Assembly (NCBI GenBank): GCA_965212025.1
Contig: OZ243039.1
Location: forward strand, 1,018,983 to 1,082,982
Reading direction: 5' to 3'
Source: Candidatus Oxydemutatoraceae bacterium
Lineage (GTDB): Bacteria; Pseudomonadota; Gammaproteobacteria; Poriferisulfidales; Oxydemutatoraceae
DNA length: 64,000 bases
In this document: piece by piece, positions 39,348 to 49,903 of the stretch
How the letters are laid out: the number at the start of each line of letters is the position of its first letter
How positions within the stretch are numbered: the stretch's first letter is position 1
Notes under the pieces: generated by a model
Told to the model about the DNA's origin: nothing
Database searches by the model: none
Seen by the model: the letters and a program-made list of their open reading frames with translations, nothing else
Position numbers and translations under genes: made by a program

Positions 39348-41945
39348 TTGGCTGCCCATTTGCCTCTTTTGCTTTTTCCCTCGGTACGGACGGTTGAGCC
39401 TTCGCCCGGGAAGGGGTTTCCACCAGACAGATCTTGGTGTTTTCCTGGATTCGACAGGCAAAAGGAGAGGCTTGATGGGCAGATTAAAGGCCTGAAAGAG
39501 CATCTTTATAAGGCAAGCCTGGATGGCTCTCTCGCAGGAATGGAGCCCGAGATGGTGCTGGTCATAGAGATTGTCGGGATGGTTGAAGGGTTTAAGCAGG
39601 CAATTGACAGGGTCGACGGGTGGGAGTGGCTTGGGGAGTGGGATCTTGAAGGCATCAAAGCAGATGCAGACTTTTATAAAAAAACCACCAAGGGGGAGCA
39701 CAGCGGAAAACCACTGAAGGGAATGGCTTTCCTGTCTGTCAGCAATGGAAAGGGCTACAAGGAGTTGCTGAGGTTATGGGAGACCCACAAGTCGGGGAAT
39801 CTGCCGCGTGGGGAAAAGAAGTGGAGAGACGTGTTTACTCAAGTCAGGAATATACGCCCTTGGGGGATTCAGGAGGTTCTAGACGAGACTGGCATGCTGG
39901 ACCACTGGAAATGGGATTCGGAAAGAGCCTTCCAGATCGAATTGTTCTACCGACAGGATGCATCGAAGCGGAAAGAAGCCGAAGAAGTGGTTCGGAAGAA
40001 GTTGGAGGATGCAGATGGTAAGACTCTTGATGACTTCCTTGATATGGAGGAAATTCGCTTTCATGCGGTCAAGGCTCAATTGCCTGGTGCCCGGATAGCA
40101 GACCTGATCGAAAAGCTGGGTAGCGACGACTCTGAAAGCAGCATCCCGTTATTCAATTTCTCTGCTGTAATGTACGTCCGACCGACAGGCCAAAGCATGG
40201 TGAGTACTGAGGGGGAGGAGGGCGTTGAAGGAGAATTTTCAAAAATACCGTCAGATCCCGAATTGCCCCCGGTAGTAGCGATTCTGGACGGTGTCCCCAA
40301 CCTTCAACACGAGGCACTACGCGGTCGTCTACGCCTTGAAGACCCCTTTGACCTGGAGAAAGGATACCAGCCAGGCCAAAAACGTCATGGCACAGCAATC
40401 GCTTCACTGGTGGTGCATGGGGAGAATCCAGGCGGACAATCCACTCCTTTGGTGAGACAGGTTTATTGTTTTCCGGTGATGCAGGCTGACGCCAAAGACA
40501 GTCAAAACGAGTGTCTCCCGGACGAGGTTTTTTATGAAGATCGTACGGAAAGAGCTGTCCGACTCATGTTTGAGAGCCAAGGGGACGAGCCTGTAGCACC
40601 CGACATTAAAGTTATAAATTTTTCGCTGGGCGACCCGTCTCGTCCCTTTATCCGTACGCCAAGTTCATGGGCGAGATTGTTGGATCATTTGTCATGGAAA
40701 TACAGGGTGTTGTTTTGCGTGAGTGCGGGGAACTTCGGTGGCAGTATAGAACTCGAGATCACGAGCGATGAGTTTGCCAGGTTGCCCGATGAAGACAGAA
40801 TCTGTCTCACTATGTCAGCCATCACAAGGCAGTTAACCAAGAGGCGCCTGATTTCCCCGGCGGAGTCGTTAAATGCGTTGACTGTTGGTGCTCTGCACGC
40901 CGACAAATCCGTGGGCTATTCTTTGAGTGGTCTTGTAGATTTGTTGCCGGGTGACTCGCTACCCGGCGACTTGCTGCCCAGTCCTGTCTCCCGCTTTGGT
41001 CATGGATTTAGGCGCTCAATAAAGCCTGAGATTTTGTTTCCGGGAGGTCGTCAGCTGTACATGGATCAGCCCCAGCGGAGTGGACGGTCTTTTAAAATTT
41101 CAAAAATAATTTCTGTGCCTCCCGGGCAAAAGGTCGCTTGGGATAGCAGAGAAGAAGGAACCCTTAATAAAACCGTCTACTCCAGGGGTACCAGCTACGC
41201 GGCCGCGCTGGCGACTCACAGCGCGGCCAGAATTTATGAAGTATTGACAGATTTGCGTGCAGCGGACGGTGAAGGAATTCCGGATGGGCTGATGTCAGTA
41301 CTCATAAAAACCTTGCTGGCGCATGGTGCGCAGCAAGACGCCCGGGTTCGGTCTGTGCTTGAAGCTCAGTTGAAACGCTCGGGGGGCTCGCGCCGACTCA
41401 AGGAGGGTGTTGCGCGGTATATCGGCTATGGTTCGGTGGATATTGAACGTGTTCTGTCGTGTGCGGAGCATCGCGGTGCGATCCTGGGGTTTGGCGAAAT
41501 TCAAGAAAAAAAGGTGCACGAGTACGACTTCCCTCTGCCACCCGCCCTGTCTGGAAGCAAAGAGTGGCGTCGCATGGTGGTTACGTTGGCGTGGGTTTCC
41601 CCGATCAACATGAGCCACCGTAATTTGCGCGAGGCGAAGCTTGACTTTAGCTCCACCCAGAAATGGAGGGAAACGCCTTTGGGACTGAAGAGAACAGATT
41701 TTGACCACCATCAGGTAAAGCGCGGCACAGTACAGCACGAGATTTTTGAGGGAGAAGGAGAAGTGTCACAGTATGTGGAAGACGGCAACATCAAGTTGCA
41801 GGTTACGTGTAAGGCGGATGCATGCGAGAACTTGAGCGACAGTATTCCTTATGGTCTGGCCGTCACGCTGGAAGTGGCAGAAGGTGTGCAAATCCCTGTT
41901 TATCAGCAAATGCGCGCCAGAATTCGTGACAGGGTTCATGCCTGA
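39348..41945 (+). CDS. S8 (subtilisin-like) serine peptidase with large N- and C-terminal extensions, IetS-like
   Basis: 865 aa. Candidate triad D314 (VAILDGV), H347 (RHGTAIASL) and S616 (GTSYAAA), with oxyanion N462 (SAGN). It starts (TTG) 3 nt after the ATPase stop. Confidence 0.8.
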   Translation: MAAHLPLLLFPSVRTVEPSPGKGFPPDRSWCFPGFDRQKERLDGQIKGLKEHLYKASLDGSLAGMEPEMVLVIEIVGMVEGFKQAIDRVDGWEWLGEWDLEGIKADADFYKKTTKGEHSGKPLKGMAFLSVSNGKGYKELLRLWETHKSGNLPRGEKKWRDVFTQVRNIRPWGIQEVLDETGMLDHWKWDSERAFQIELFYRQDASKRKEAEEVVRKKLEDADGKTLDDFLDMEEIRFHAVKAQLPGARIADLIEKLGSDDSESSIPLFNFSAVMYVRPTGQSMVSTEGEEGVEGEFSKIPSDPELPPVVAILDGVPNLQHEALRGRLRLEDPFDLEKGYQPGQKRHGTAIASLVVHGENPGGQSTPLVRQVYCFPVMQADAKDSQNECLPDEVFYEDRTERAVRLMFESQGDEPVAPDIKVINFSLGDPSRPFIRTPSSWARLLDHLSWKYRVLFCVSAGNFGGSIELEITSDEFARLPDEDRICLTMSAITRQLTKRRLISPAESLNALTVGALHADKSVGYSLSGLVDLLPGDSLPGDLLPSPVSRFGHGFRRSIKPEILFPGGRQLYMDQPQRSGRSFKISKIISVPPGQKVAWDSREEGTLNKTVYSRGTSYAAALATHSAARIYEVLTDLRAADGEGIPDGLMSVLIKTLLAHGAQQDARVRSVLEAQLKRSGGSRRLKEGVARYIGYGSVDIERVLSCAEHRGAILGFGEIQEKKVHEYDFPLPPALSGSKEWRRMVVTLAWVSPINMSHRNLREAKLDFSSTQKWRETPLGLKRTDFDHHQVKRGTVQHEIFEGEGEVSQYVEDGNIKLQVTCKADACENLSDSIPYGLAVTLEVAEGVQIPVYQQMRARIRDRVHA

Positions 41946-42091
41946 TTAACGACGAGGCTATCGTTCCAGCACAATGCGCTGTTCATTGGTTTTTATGATT
42001 TTCCGGGCTCAGTCCTGAGCTCTGCCATACTTTGTGTTGGTTTCCGGGTGACTGAGCCTTGTCCGGACTCAATTGATGCAGGCGCATTTTC

Positions 42092-44872
42092 ATGATGAAG
42101 AAAAAATTTTTACTGGTTGACGGATCGCACTATCTTTTTCGTGCTTACTTTGCGTTGCCGAGACTGACTGCCCCGGACGGGCATCTGACGGGCGTGGTCT
42201 ACGGCGTCATTTCGATGCTGAAAAAACTGTACGAGTCTGAGAAGCCGGATTATTTCGCGGTGATTTTTGATGCGCCCGGGCGCAATTTTCGCCACGAGAT
42301 TTTTCCGGAATATAAGGCCAACCGGCCGCCGGTTCCGGAAGATTTGTCACAGCAGTTCGCTCCGACTCTGGAGATGGTATCTGCGATGGGCTATCCCGTG
42401 CTCCAGGTTCCGGACGTGGAGGCCGACGATGTGATTGCGACTTTGGCGCGGCAGACACAAGGTCAGAAAGTGTCGGTGGTCATTGCCACGGGGGACAAGG
42501 ATTTGACTCAGCTGGTTGATGACGGGGTCATGGTTTACGAGGCGATGAAGAATGCGCGCCTCGATGCGGCTGCCGTCGAAAAGAAAATGGGTGTGCCCCC
42601 GTGTCTGGTGGGTGATTTGCTTGGGCTCACCGGGGATAGCGTAGACAACGTACCCGGAGTTCCGGGAGTGGGGCCTAAAACAGCGCTTGCCTGGTTGGGT
42701 CAGTTTGGAAGCCTGGAAGGGGTCGTGCAACACGCTGCGCAAATCAAGGGGAAGGTCGGTGAAAAACTGCGACTGGCAATAACAGATGGAAGTCTTGCGC
42801 TTTCCAGGCGGCTTATCGCTTTGCGTACCGACGTGGAGCTGGAACACGGATACGAAAGTATGCAGGTGGAAGTGGCAGATGTGACGCGTTTACGTGAGCT
42901 GTATCAAAGGCATGGCTTCAAGAGATGGCTGTCAGAGCTTGAGAGGACTGCTGCTGTTGCTCCTGCTGAGGGGAAGCCCGTGAGTACTGTTTCTGTTGTT
43001 TCTTCCGAGGAAGAATCTGAGAGCACCGTTGCTGCCGGGAAAGAGTCCGCGAACTCTGCCCCGGAATGTCATTACGAAACGATATTGACGGAGGCTGAAC
43101 TGGAGGCATGGATCGTGCGGTTACGGGAAAGTGCCTTGTTTGCCGTGGATACTGAAACCGACAGCCTGGATTACATGAGCGCGCAACTGGTTGGCATGTC
43201 CTTTGCCGTCGCTCCGGGAAGAGCGGCTTATGTACCGTGCGGTCATGATTATCCAGACGCACCCAGGCAGATTACGCGCGACAATTTGTTACGACTGATC
43301 AGGCCGGTGCTTGAGGATCCCGGCATCAGCAAGGTCGGACATAACCTGAAATTTGATCGCAATGTATTGGCTTCTTGCGGGATCAGTCTCGCCGGCATTC
43401 GCTCGGACACGATGCTTGAGTCTTATGTCTATAATTCGGTGGCGACAAAGCATAGTCTGGACAGCGTTGCACACCATTATCTGGGACTGGCTGCCATCCG
43501 CTTTGAAGACGTCGTCGGCAGCGGTGTCAGGCAAAAAACCTTCAATCAGATTGCCTTGTCGGAGGCGGCTCCATACGCCTCGGAGGACGCGGATTTCAGC
43601 TTGCGCCTGCACGAGTCTTTTCAGCCGAAGTTTGCAAATGAAGCGGGCTTGCGAACCGTGCTGCACAAGATTGAGCTCCCTCTGCTGCCCGTCCTGGCGG
43701 ATGTTGAGCGCACCGGAGTGTTGGTGGATTGCGAAGCGTTGAAAGCGCAAAGCGAGCAGCTGCAAAAGGAACGATTGCGCATCCAGCAGCTTGCCTACGA
43801 AGCAGCCGGTCACGAGTTCAATTTGAATTCACCGCAGGCTACCGCGCAGGTACTGTTTCAGGAAAAGCAGTTACCGGTGATACGCAAAACTCCCGGGGGG
43901 CTTCCTGCTACTTCCGAAGAGGTGTTGCAGGAGTTGGCGAAAGACCATGTTTTGCCGAACTTTATTCTGGAGCACCGTCTGCTCAGCAAACTGAAGTCCA
44001 CGTACACCGACAAGCTGCCACAGTTGGTGTACCCCGCGAGCGGTCGGGTGCATACGCAATATCACCAAGCCGTCACGGCGACCGGAAGACTGTCTTCTTC
44101 CCACCCCAATCTGCAAAACATCCCCATCCGCACCGGGGTGGGGCGCCGGGTTCGCGAAGCCTTCGTTGCCCCGCCCGGATATTGCCTGCTCGCCGCAGAT
44201 TATTCACAAATAGAGTTGCGGATCATGGCTCATTTGTCCGGTGATGAGAAATTATGCGCGGCTTTTGCGCGCAAAGAAGATGTTCACGGAGCCACCGCGG
44301 CTGAACTTTTTTCCATCCCTATTGAGTCGGTGAGCCCTGAACATAGGCGGGTTGCGAAATCCATAAATTTTGGCTTGATTTACGGGATGACCGAGTTTGG
44401 TCTGTCTCGGCAGCTGAAGCTCAGTCGCCGTGAGGCTGCGGATTATCGGGAGCGTTATTTTGACCGTTACACAGGTGTGCAGGCTTATATTGAAGCGACG
44501 CTACAGACAGCCAAGAGGCTGTGCTACGTGGAAACAGTGTTTGGTCGCAGGTTGTCCTTGCCGAACATCAATGCCAGAAATTACCATGTCAGGAGTTATG
44601 CGGAGCGAAGCGCGGTCAACGCTCCGATGCAAGGCAGCGCGGCAGACATCATTAAAATCGCCATGATCGATTTGCATCGCCACCTGCTGCAAAGCTCCCT
44701 GGATGCGAGAATCATCATGCAGATCCACGATGAGCTGGTGCTCGAAGTTGCTTTGGATGACGTAGAAGAGACGGCTGGCAAGTGTCGTGAGCTGATGGTC
44801 GCGGCTGCGTCTTTGAAAGTGCCTCTGGAGGTGGCGATTGGCTGGGGTAAAAACTGGAATGAGGCGCACTGA
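42092..44872 (+). CDS. polA: DNA polymerase I
   Basis: 926 aa with a 5'-nuclease N-terminus (LLVDGSHYLFRAYFALP), a 3'-5' exonuclease (AVDTETDSL) and polymerase motifs (ADYSQIELR, QIHDELV). Confidence 0.97.
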   Translation: MMKKKFLLVDGSHYLFRAYFALPRLTAPDGHLTGVVYGVISMLKKLYESEKPDYFAVIFDAPGRNFRHEIFPEYKANRPPVPEDLSQQFAPTLEMVSAMGYPVLQVPDVEADDVIATLARQTQGQKVSVVIATGDKDLTQLVDDGVMVYEAMKNARLDAAAVEKKMGVPPCLVGDLLGLTGDSVDNVPGVPGVGPKTALAWLGQFGSLEGVVQHAAQIKGKVGEKLRLAITDGSLALSRRLIALRTDVELEHGYESMQVEVADVTRLRELYQRHGFKRWLSELERTAAVAPAEGKPVSTVSVVSSEEESESTVAAGKESANSAPECHYETILTEAELEAWIVRLRESALFAVDTETDSLDYMSAQLVGMSFAVAPGRAAYVPCGHDYPDAPRQITRDNLLRLIRPVLEDPGISKVGHNLKFDRNVLASCGISLAGIRSDTMLESYVYNSVATKHSLDSVAHHYLGLAAIRFEDVVGSGVRQKTFNQIALSEAAPYASEDADFSLRLHESFQPKFANEAGLRTVLHKIELPLLPVLADVERTGVLVDCEALKAQSEQLQKERLRIQQLAYEAAGHEFNLNSPQATAQVLFQEKQLPVIRKTPGGLPATSEEVLQELAKDHVLPNFILEHRLLSKLKSTYTDKLPQLVYPASGRVHTQYHQAVTATGRLSSSHPNLQNIPIRTGVGRRVREAFVAPPGYCLLAADYSQIELRIMAHLSGDEKLCAAFARKEDVHGATAAELFSIPIESVSPEHRRVAKSINFGLIYGMTEFGLSRQLKLSRREAADYRERYFDRYTGVQAYIEATLQTAKRLCYVETVFGRRLSLPNINARNYHVRSYAERSAVNAPMQGSAADIIKIAMIDLHRHLLQSSLDARIIMQIHDELVLEVALDDVEETAGKCRELMVAAASLKVPLEVAIGWGKNWNEAH

Positions 44873-45124
44873 TCGTCAAGGGGAATGGTTCGCGGCTTAG
44901 GCGAACTCCCCGATAGTTCCGAGTCGTGGGGCCGTCAGGGGTGGTTTTTCCGGGCGACAGGCCTGGTGCCTGATGCCTGATGCGCTCAGGTTTCCGGGCA
45001 TGCCGAATATGCCTACACAGGAGCCTCTGGGGTAGAATGCCGGGTCATCCGCCATCTTGCAGCAGAGACAAGGTCTGTACGGTATCCGGGTTCGCGGTTT
45101 TGTTGATTCACTGATAGTCTTTTA

Positions 45125-47032
45125 ATGGAAAAAGTCGTTTTTTACCGCCGCTTGATTGCTCATCCTGTGTTGCGGCCGCTGGTTCGGAAACTGGCGCGCA
45201 CAGATACTTATGAAGTCTTCCGCCGAGTCAGGCGCCTGTTCCGTGTTTTACATGTCTCGGCACGCCGCCAACTCATGCTGGCGCAATTGGCTTATGTCGT
45301 ACGCGATGTCGCCGCCACGCTTTCCGTGGGCGGATTCGCGTTGCTTTTGATCTTGCTTAATGCACCCGAGCTGATCGTGCAACAGCCGCAACTGGCGTAT
45401 GTGTATCACTTGTTTGGCTTTGGCTCCGAAAAGGATTTCCTGTTGGTTGCCTGTGCGTTTTTTGTCTTCTTTCTGATCTGCGAGAAAGCGTTTTTTCTGT
45501 TTGCCACTTGGTACAGCCAGCGTGCAGTGGAATACCTGATGCGCGTCTGCTCGGTGGATCTGTACCGCTACTACATTTCCCTGGATTACGAAGAGCATCT
45601 CAGTTTGAGTCAGGCCGAAATGTTCACCCGCAGCATGGACAGCCTGGAGTCGTTTATCCGCACCAATGTTCTGATGTTGATTACGCTGTTTTCGGCGACG
45701 GTCAATGTATCTGTGGTGTTGGTGTTTCTCGGTAGTTATTACCCCGTGGCGACTGTGGCAATGGCGGGAGGGATTTTTTTCACGTACTACGTGGTTTATG
45801 GCGCTTTGCGTAAGAGGATGATTCGCTACGGCAAGGCACTGCATATTGCCAAATCCAAACGGTACAAATTTCTACGTGAGGGGGTGTCTGGATTTCTTGA
45901 GGTGTTGTTTCACGGCAAGGCGCGGGAGTTTTGTGACGAAATTGATCAGATCATGGCTCACACCGGCCGACTCAAGGTGAAGTTGGAGATATTTGGCATT
46001 GCCGTACAGCCGGTTATTGTTGCTTTTGGAATGCTGTTTGTTTTGGGCGTGATCGGTTATTTCGTGTTTTTTGACAGCCCGGGACGTGTTTTTCCGGCCT
46101 TGGCGTTTTTTGTGGCCGGTGGCCTCAGGCTTTTGCCAGCCGTGCAATCGGTCTACAAAACCATGCACAGTGTGAGCCATACGACCTATCAATTTCACTT
46201 GGTGATGGGCGATCTGGAAAAAGCGCAGAGACGGCGGGAAAGCGATCAGAAACTGGGTTTGGTGGAAGGACAAAAGGTCGTTCTGGAAAAAGGAGTGCGG
46301 TTTGAAAACGTCAGTTATGGCTACCAGGGTCAGGCTCAACAAGCAGTTCAGAACATCAGTCTGGACATTCCGGCCGGAAAAGTGGTTGCCTTATGTGGCA
46401 GATCGGGGAGTGGAAAAACCACACTGGCACGGCTGCTCGGCGGTCTGCTGCTCCCTTCAGAAGGGGCAGTGACCGTTGACGGTGTTGACATCAAAGTGGA
46501 TAAGAGTTTTTGCCGAGGTTGGCAAACTTCTATCGGATACATGACGCAGAATCCTTATTTTATGGACGATACGGTAGCGGCGAACGTCAGCTTTGAATTG
46601 CGAGCGGAAGCGATTGACCGGGAAAAAGTCTGGGAGGTTTTGCGTATCGCCCAACTGGATGATTTTGTGAAAGCACTTCCTGGTGGCCTGGATGAAATGA
46701 TTGGCGAGGAAGCCCAGAAGATCAGTGGCGGGCAGATGCAAAGAATTTCTGTTGCCAGGGCGCTGTATAGAGACGCGACTTTGCTGTTGCTGGATGAAAC
46801 CACCAGTTTCCTGGACGCGGTTACGGAGAAAAAAATCATTGACAACGTGTTGTCCATGCGTGGCAAAAAAACGATCGTGATCATTGCGCACCGCCTGGAT
46901 GTCATGCGCAAGGCAGATCTGATCTTTCTGATTGATGCCGGTCAGGTGAGTGCCTGTGGTACTTACCAGGAACTGCTGGACAGCAGCAAAGAGTTCCGAA
47001 AATTGGCCAGGCAGTATGCAGAAGAGCCCTGA
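45125..47032 (+). CDS. ABC transporter, fused permease/ATP-binding protein (exporter type)
   Basis: 635 aa with an N-terminal 6-TM-like domain. Walker A GRSGSGKTT, signature ISGGQMQRISVARAL, and Walker B LLLLDETTS. Confidence 0.85.
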   Translation: MEKVVFYRRLIAHPVLRPLVRKLARTDTYEVFRRVRRLFRVLHVSARRQLMLAQLAYVVRDVAATLSVGGFALLLILLNAPELIVQQPQLAYVYHLFGFGSEKDFLLVACAFFVFFLICEKAFFLFATWYSQRAVEYLMRVCSVDLYRYYISLDYEEHLSLSQAEMFTRSMDSLESFIRTNVLMLITLFSATVNVSVVLVFLGSYYPVATVAMAGGIFFTYYVVYGALRKRMIRYGKALHIAKSKRYKFLREGVSGFLEVLFHGKAREFCDEIDQIMAHTGRLKVKLEIFGIAVQPVIVAFGMLFVLGVIGYFVFFDSPGRVFPALAFFVAGGLRLLPAVQSVYKTMHSVSHTTYQFHLVMGDLEKAQRRRESDQKLGLVEGQKVVLEKGVRFENVSYGYQGQAQQAVQNISLDIPAGKVVALCGRSGSGKTTLARLLGGLLLPSEGAVTVDGVDIKVDKSFCRGWQTSIGYMTQNPYFMDDTVAANVSFELRAEAIDREKVWEVLRIAQLDDFVKALPGGLDEMIGEEAQKISGGQMQRISVARALYRDATLLLLDETTSFLDAVTEKKIIDNVLSMRGKKTIVIIAHRLDVMRKADLIFLIDAGQVSACGTYQELLDSSKEFRKLARQYAEEP

Positions 47033-47239
47033 AAACATGGAAGCTTCTCCGCGCATTCAGAGCTTTCGCGCCACTCGTCTGTCCGCATTCATGATGATTT
47101 CGAGTTGCTCGGCAGGTTTTCATGTCTGGTTTGTGGGTGGTTTGTCTGGCTTGGCAGCTTTGGCAGGAAGTGCCGTCTTTGCGGGGAAAAAGGTTTGCCA
47201 CCTTGTGATTCACAGCTTTGACCCCACATATTGTTGGGT

Positions 47240-47854
47240 ATGACAGCAAGCAGTCACCGTTGGTTACATGAGCGATCTCGGGATCCTTATGTGAAATCAG
47301 CTCGCGAGCAGGGCTGGCGCTCACGTGCGGCCTTCAAGCTGAGGCAGTTGGATGAGAAAAAATATTTGTTTCGCTCGGGCATGCGGGTGATTGACCTCGG
47401 TGCCGCGCCGGGGGGATGGAGCCAGTATGCCGCTTCCCGCGTTGGTGGTTCCGGCACCGTGGTGGCAGTGGATTTGGTGCGGATGGCTCCTTTGCCTGGT
47501 GTGCATTTCGTGCATGGTGATGGTGCCCAGGCGCAAGCGCGCAGCACGGTGTTGGCGCTGCTTGGGGGGAAGAAAGCAGAAATCGTGATGTCTGATATGT
47601 CGCCGCGCTGGTCGGGGAACGCGGTTGTGGATATGCCGAAGGCAGTCGCCTTGGCCTGTGCCAGTCTGGACTTTGCCAAGGCATGCCTGGTTCGGGGGGG
47701 GGACTTGTTGCTAAAGCTGTTCCAGGGGGAAGGCAGTGATGACTGCTTGGCGAAGCTGGACGCAGCGTTTTCCGAACTGCGTATCATGAAGCCTGAAGCA
47801 TCACGGGCGAGGAGCCGTGAAGTATACGTTTTGGCTGGGAAATTTAACTTATAA
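47240..47854 (+). CDS. rlmE: 23S rRNA (U2552-2'-O)-methyltransferase
   Basis: WLHERSRDPYVKSAREQGWRSRAAFKL...VIDLGAAPGGWSQY. It lies immediately upstream of ftsH, as is usual. Confidence 0.9.
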   Translation: MTASSHRWLHERSRDPYVKSAREQGWRSRAAFKLRQLDEKKYLFRSGMRVIDLGAAPGGWSQYAASRVGGSGTVVAVDLVRMAPLPGVHFVHGDGAQAQARSTVLALLGGKKAEIVMSDMSPRWSGNAVVDMPKAVALACASLDFAKACLVRGGDLLLKLFQGEGSDDCLAKLDAAFSELRIMKPEASRARSREVYVLAGKFNL

Positions 47855-47890
47855 TGCTTGGCATTCAGTAATCAGGAGGTTTTGTGGTTG

Positions 47891-49837
47891 ATGGGTGATT
47901 TGATGAAAAATTTACTTTTATGGGGTGTGATAGGGATCGTGCTGATGACGCTGTTCAGCAACTTTGTTTCGCACGAAGAAAAACTCAGGTATGTGAACTA
48001 CTCACAGTTTGTTGAGGACGTGCGCGGCGGGCGCGTAAAAAGTGTCGAAATAGGATCAGATGATCGTACGGTCAACGGGGTTTTTACTGATGGGCAAACC
48101 TTTCAGACTTTCAATCCAGGCGACAGTGCGTTAGTGGACGATTTGCTGAACAATAAAGTAGAAATTCGGACGGTTGCGGAAAAACAGCCATCACTGTTGC
48201 TTGATATCTTCATCAGCTGGTTCCCGATGCTGCTTCTGATTGGCCTTTGGATATTTTTTATGCGGCAGATGCAGGGTTCGGGCGGAGGGCGCGGGGCTGT
48301 GTCTTTTGCGAAAAGCAAGGCGCGCCTGATGAGCGAAGGTCAAATCAAAGTGACTTTCAAAGACGTTGCCGGCGTGGAAGAAGCGAAAGAGGAAGTTGCG
48401 GAGCTGGTCGAGTTTTTGCGCGATCCTGCCAAGTTTCAAAAACTTGGCGGCAGAATTCCCAAAGGTGTGCTGATGGTCGGTCAGCCGGGAACCGGTAAAA
48501 CGCTTTTGGCGAAGGCCATTGCCGGCGAAGCGGAAGTGTCGTTCTTTTCCATTTCCGGTTCGGATTTTGTGGAAATGTTTGTGGGTGTCGGTGCCTCCCG
48601 GGTGCGCGACATGTTTGCCCAGGCCAAAAAACACTCGCCCTGTATTGTGTTTATCGATGAAATTGACGCGGTAGGCAGGCATCGGGGAACCGGTCTTGGT
48701 GGTGGACACGATGAGCGTGAACAGACGTTGAACCAATTGTTGGTGGAAATGGACGGATTTGAAGGGAGCGAAGGAATCATCGTGATAGCCGCCACTAACA
48801 GGCCAGACGTTCTTGACCCGGCCTTGTTGCGTCCGGGGCGTTTTGACCGCCAAGTAGTGGTGCCGTTGCCCGACGTGCGTGGCAGAGAGCAGATTCTCAA
48901 GGTGCACATGAAGAAAGTCGTGCTGGACAAAAAAGTGCGTCGGGATATTCTGGCGCGCGCCACACCAGGCTTCTCTGGTGCTGACTTGGAAAATCTGGTC
49001 AATGAAGGGGCTTTGTTTGCGGCACGCGGCGACAAGAAAGCCGTGGAAATGGAAGATTTCGAGAAAGCGAAAGATAAAATCATGATGGGCGCTGAGCGAC
49101 GCTCCATGGTCATGACTGAGGACGAAAAGAAGCTGACGGCCTACCATGAGTCGGGGCACGTCATTGTTGGTCGCTTGGTGCCGGAACATGACCCGGTCTA
49201 CAAAGTGACGATTATTCCGCGCGGTCGCGCTTTGGGGGTGACGATGTTTCTTCCCGAAAGGGATATGCTCAGCCATAGTCGTTGCAAGTTGGAAAGTCAG
49301 ATTTCCAGTTTGTTTGGCGGACGTGCGGCAGAAGAACTGATTTTTGGAACGGACGCGGTTACAACCGGTGCCGCCAACGACATCGAAAGGGCAACGGAGA
49401 TTGCCCGCAATATGGTGAAAACCTGGGGCTTGTCAGATCGGCTTGGCCCGCTGGCTTATGGCAAAAAAAATGAGTACCCCTTTCTTGGACACAGCCTGGC
49501 GAGCAATGAGGATGTGTATTCACAGGAAACTTCCAAAATAATTGATGAGGAGATACGCAGAATTGTCACGGAAAACTGTGAGCGTGCCCGGTCTTTGCTG
49601 AAGGAAAATGTCGACACGCTCCACCTGATGGCGGATGCATTGATGAAATACGAGACGCTTGGCAGCAGCCAGCTTGACGAAATCATGTCAGGTAGCGAGC
49701 CAAGCCCGCCAGAAGGATGGGACGACAGTGAGGATACGGACGACACGGATACTCTTTCAGGTTCGAAACAGGTGGATAGTCCGGGTGTCTCCGATTCCGA
49801 GCTGGACGGGGCGGCTAACGAGAACACCAGGGCTTAG
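47891..49837 (+). CDS. ftsH: ATP-dependent zinc metalloprotease FtsH
   Basis: Walker A GQPGTGKT, zinc site HESGH, and SRH are present. The ATG at 47891 is 11 nt after AGGAGG; the ORF track start at 47858 is unlikely. Confidence 0.95.
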   Translation: MGDLMKNLLLWGVIGIVLMTLFSNFVSHEEKLRYVNYSQFVEDVRGGRVKSVEIGSDDRTVNGVFTDGQTFQTFNPGDSALVDDLLNNKVEIRTVAEKQPSLLLDIFISWFPMLLLIGLWIFFMRQMQGSGGGRGAVSFAKSKARLMSEGQIKVTFKDVAGVEEAKEEVAELVEFLRDPAKFQKLGGRIPKGVLMVGQPGTGKTLLAKAIAGEAEVSFFSISGSDFVEMFVGVGASRVRDMFAQAKKHSPCIVFIDEIDAVGRHRGTGLGGGHDEREQTLNQLLVEMDGFEGSEGIIVIAATNRPDVLDPALLRPGRFDRQVVVPLPDVRGREQILKVHMKKVVLDKKVRRDILARATPGFSGADLENLVNEGALFAARGDKKAVEMEDFEKAKDKIMMGAERRSMVMTEDEKKLTAYHESGHVIVGRLVPEHDPVYKVTIIPRGRALGVTMFLPERDMLSHSRCKLESQISSLFGGRAAEELIFGTDAVTTGAANDIERATEIARNMVKTWGLSDRLGPLAYGKKNEYPFLGHSLASNEDVYSQETSKIIDEEIRRIVTENCERARSLLKENVDTLHLMADALMKYETLGSSQLDEIMSGSEPSPPEGWDDSEDTDDTDTLSGSKQVDSPGVSDSELDGAANENTRA

Positions 49838-49903
49838 CGACTCTGCAGTTTACAGGCACCAGTCTTTCCATTTAAGTCTCGTGAATTCCAGGGAACACTC
49901 CTG

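Noticed and set aside
48191-49276. 361-codon minus-strand ORF
   Set aside because: It lies entirely inside ftsH on the opposite strand. ftsH is unambiguous, and the antisense translation has no recognisable motifs.
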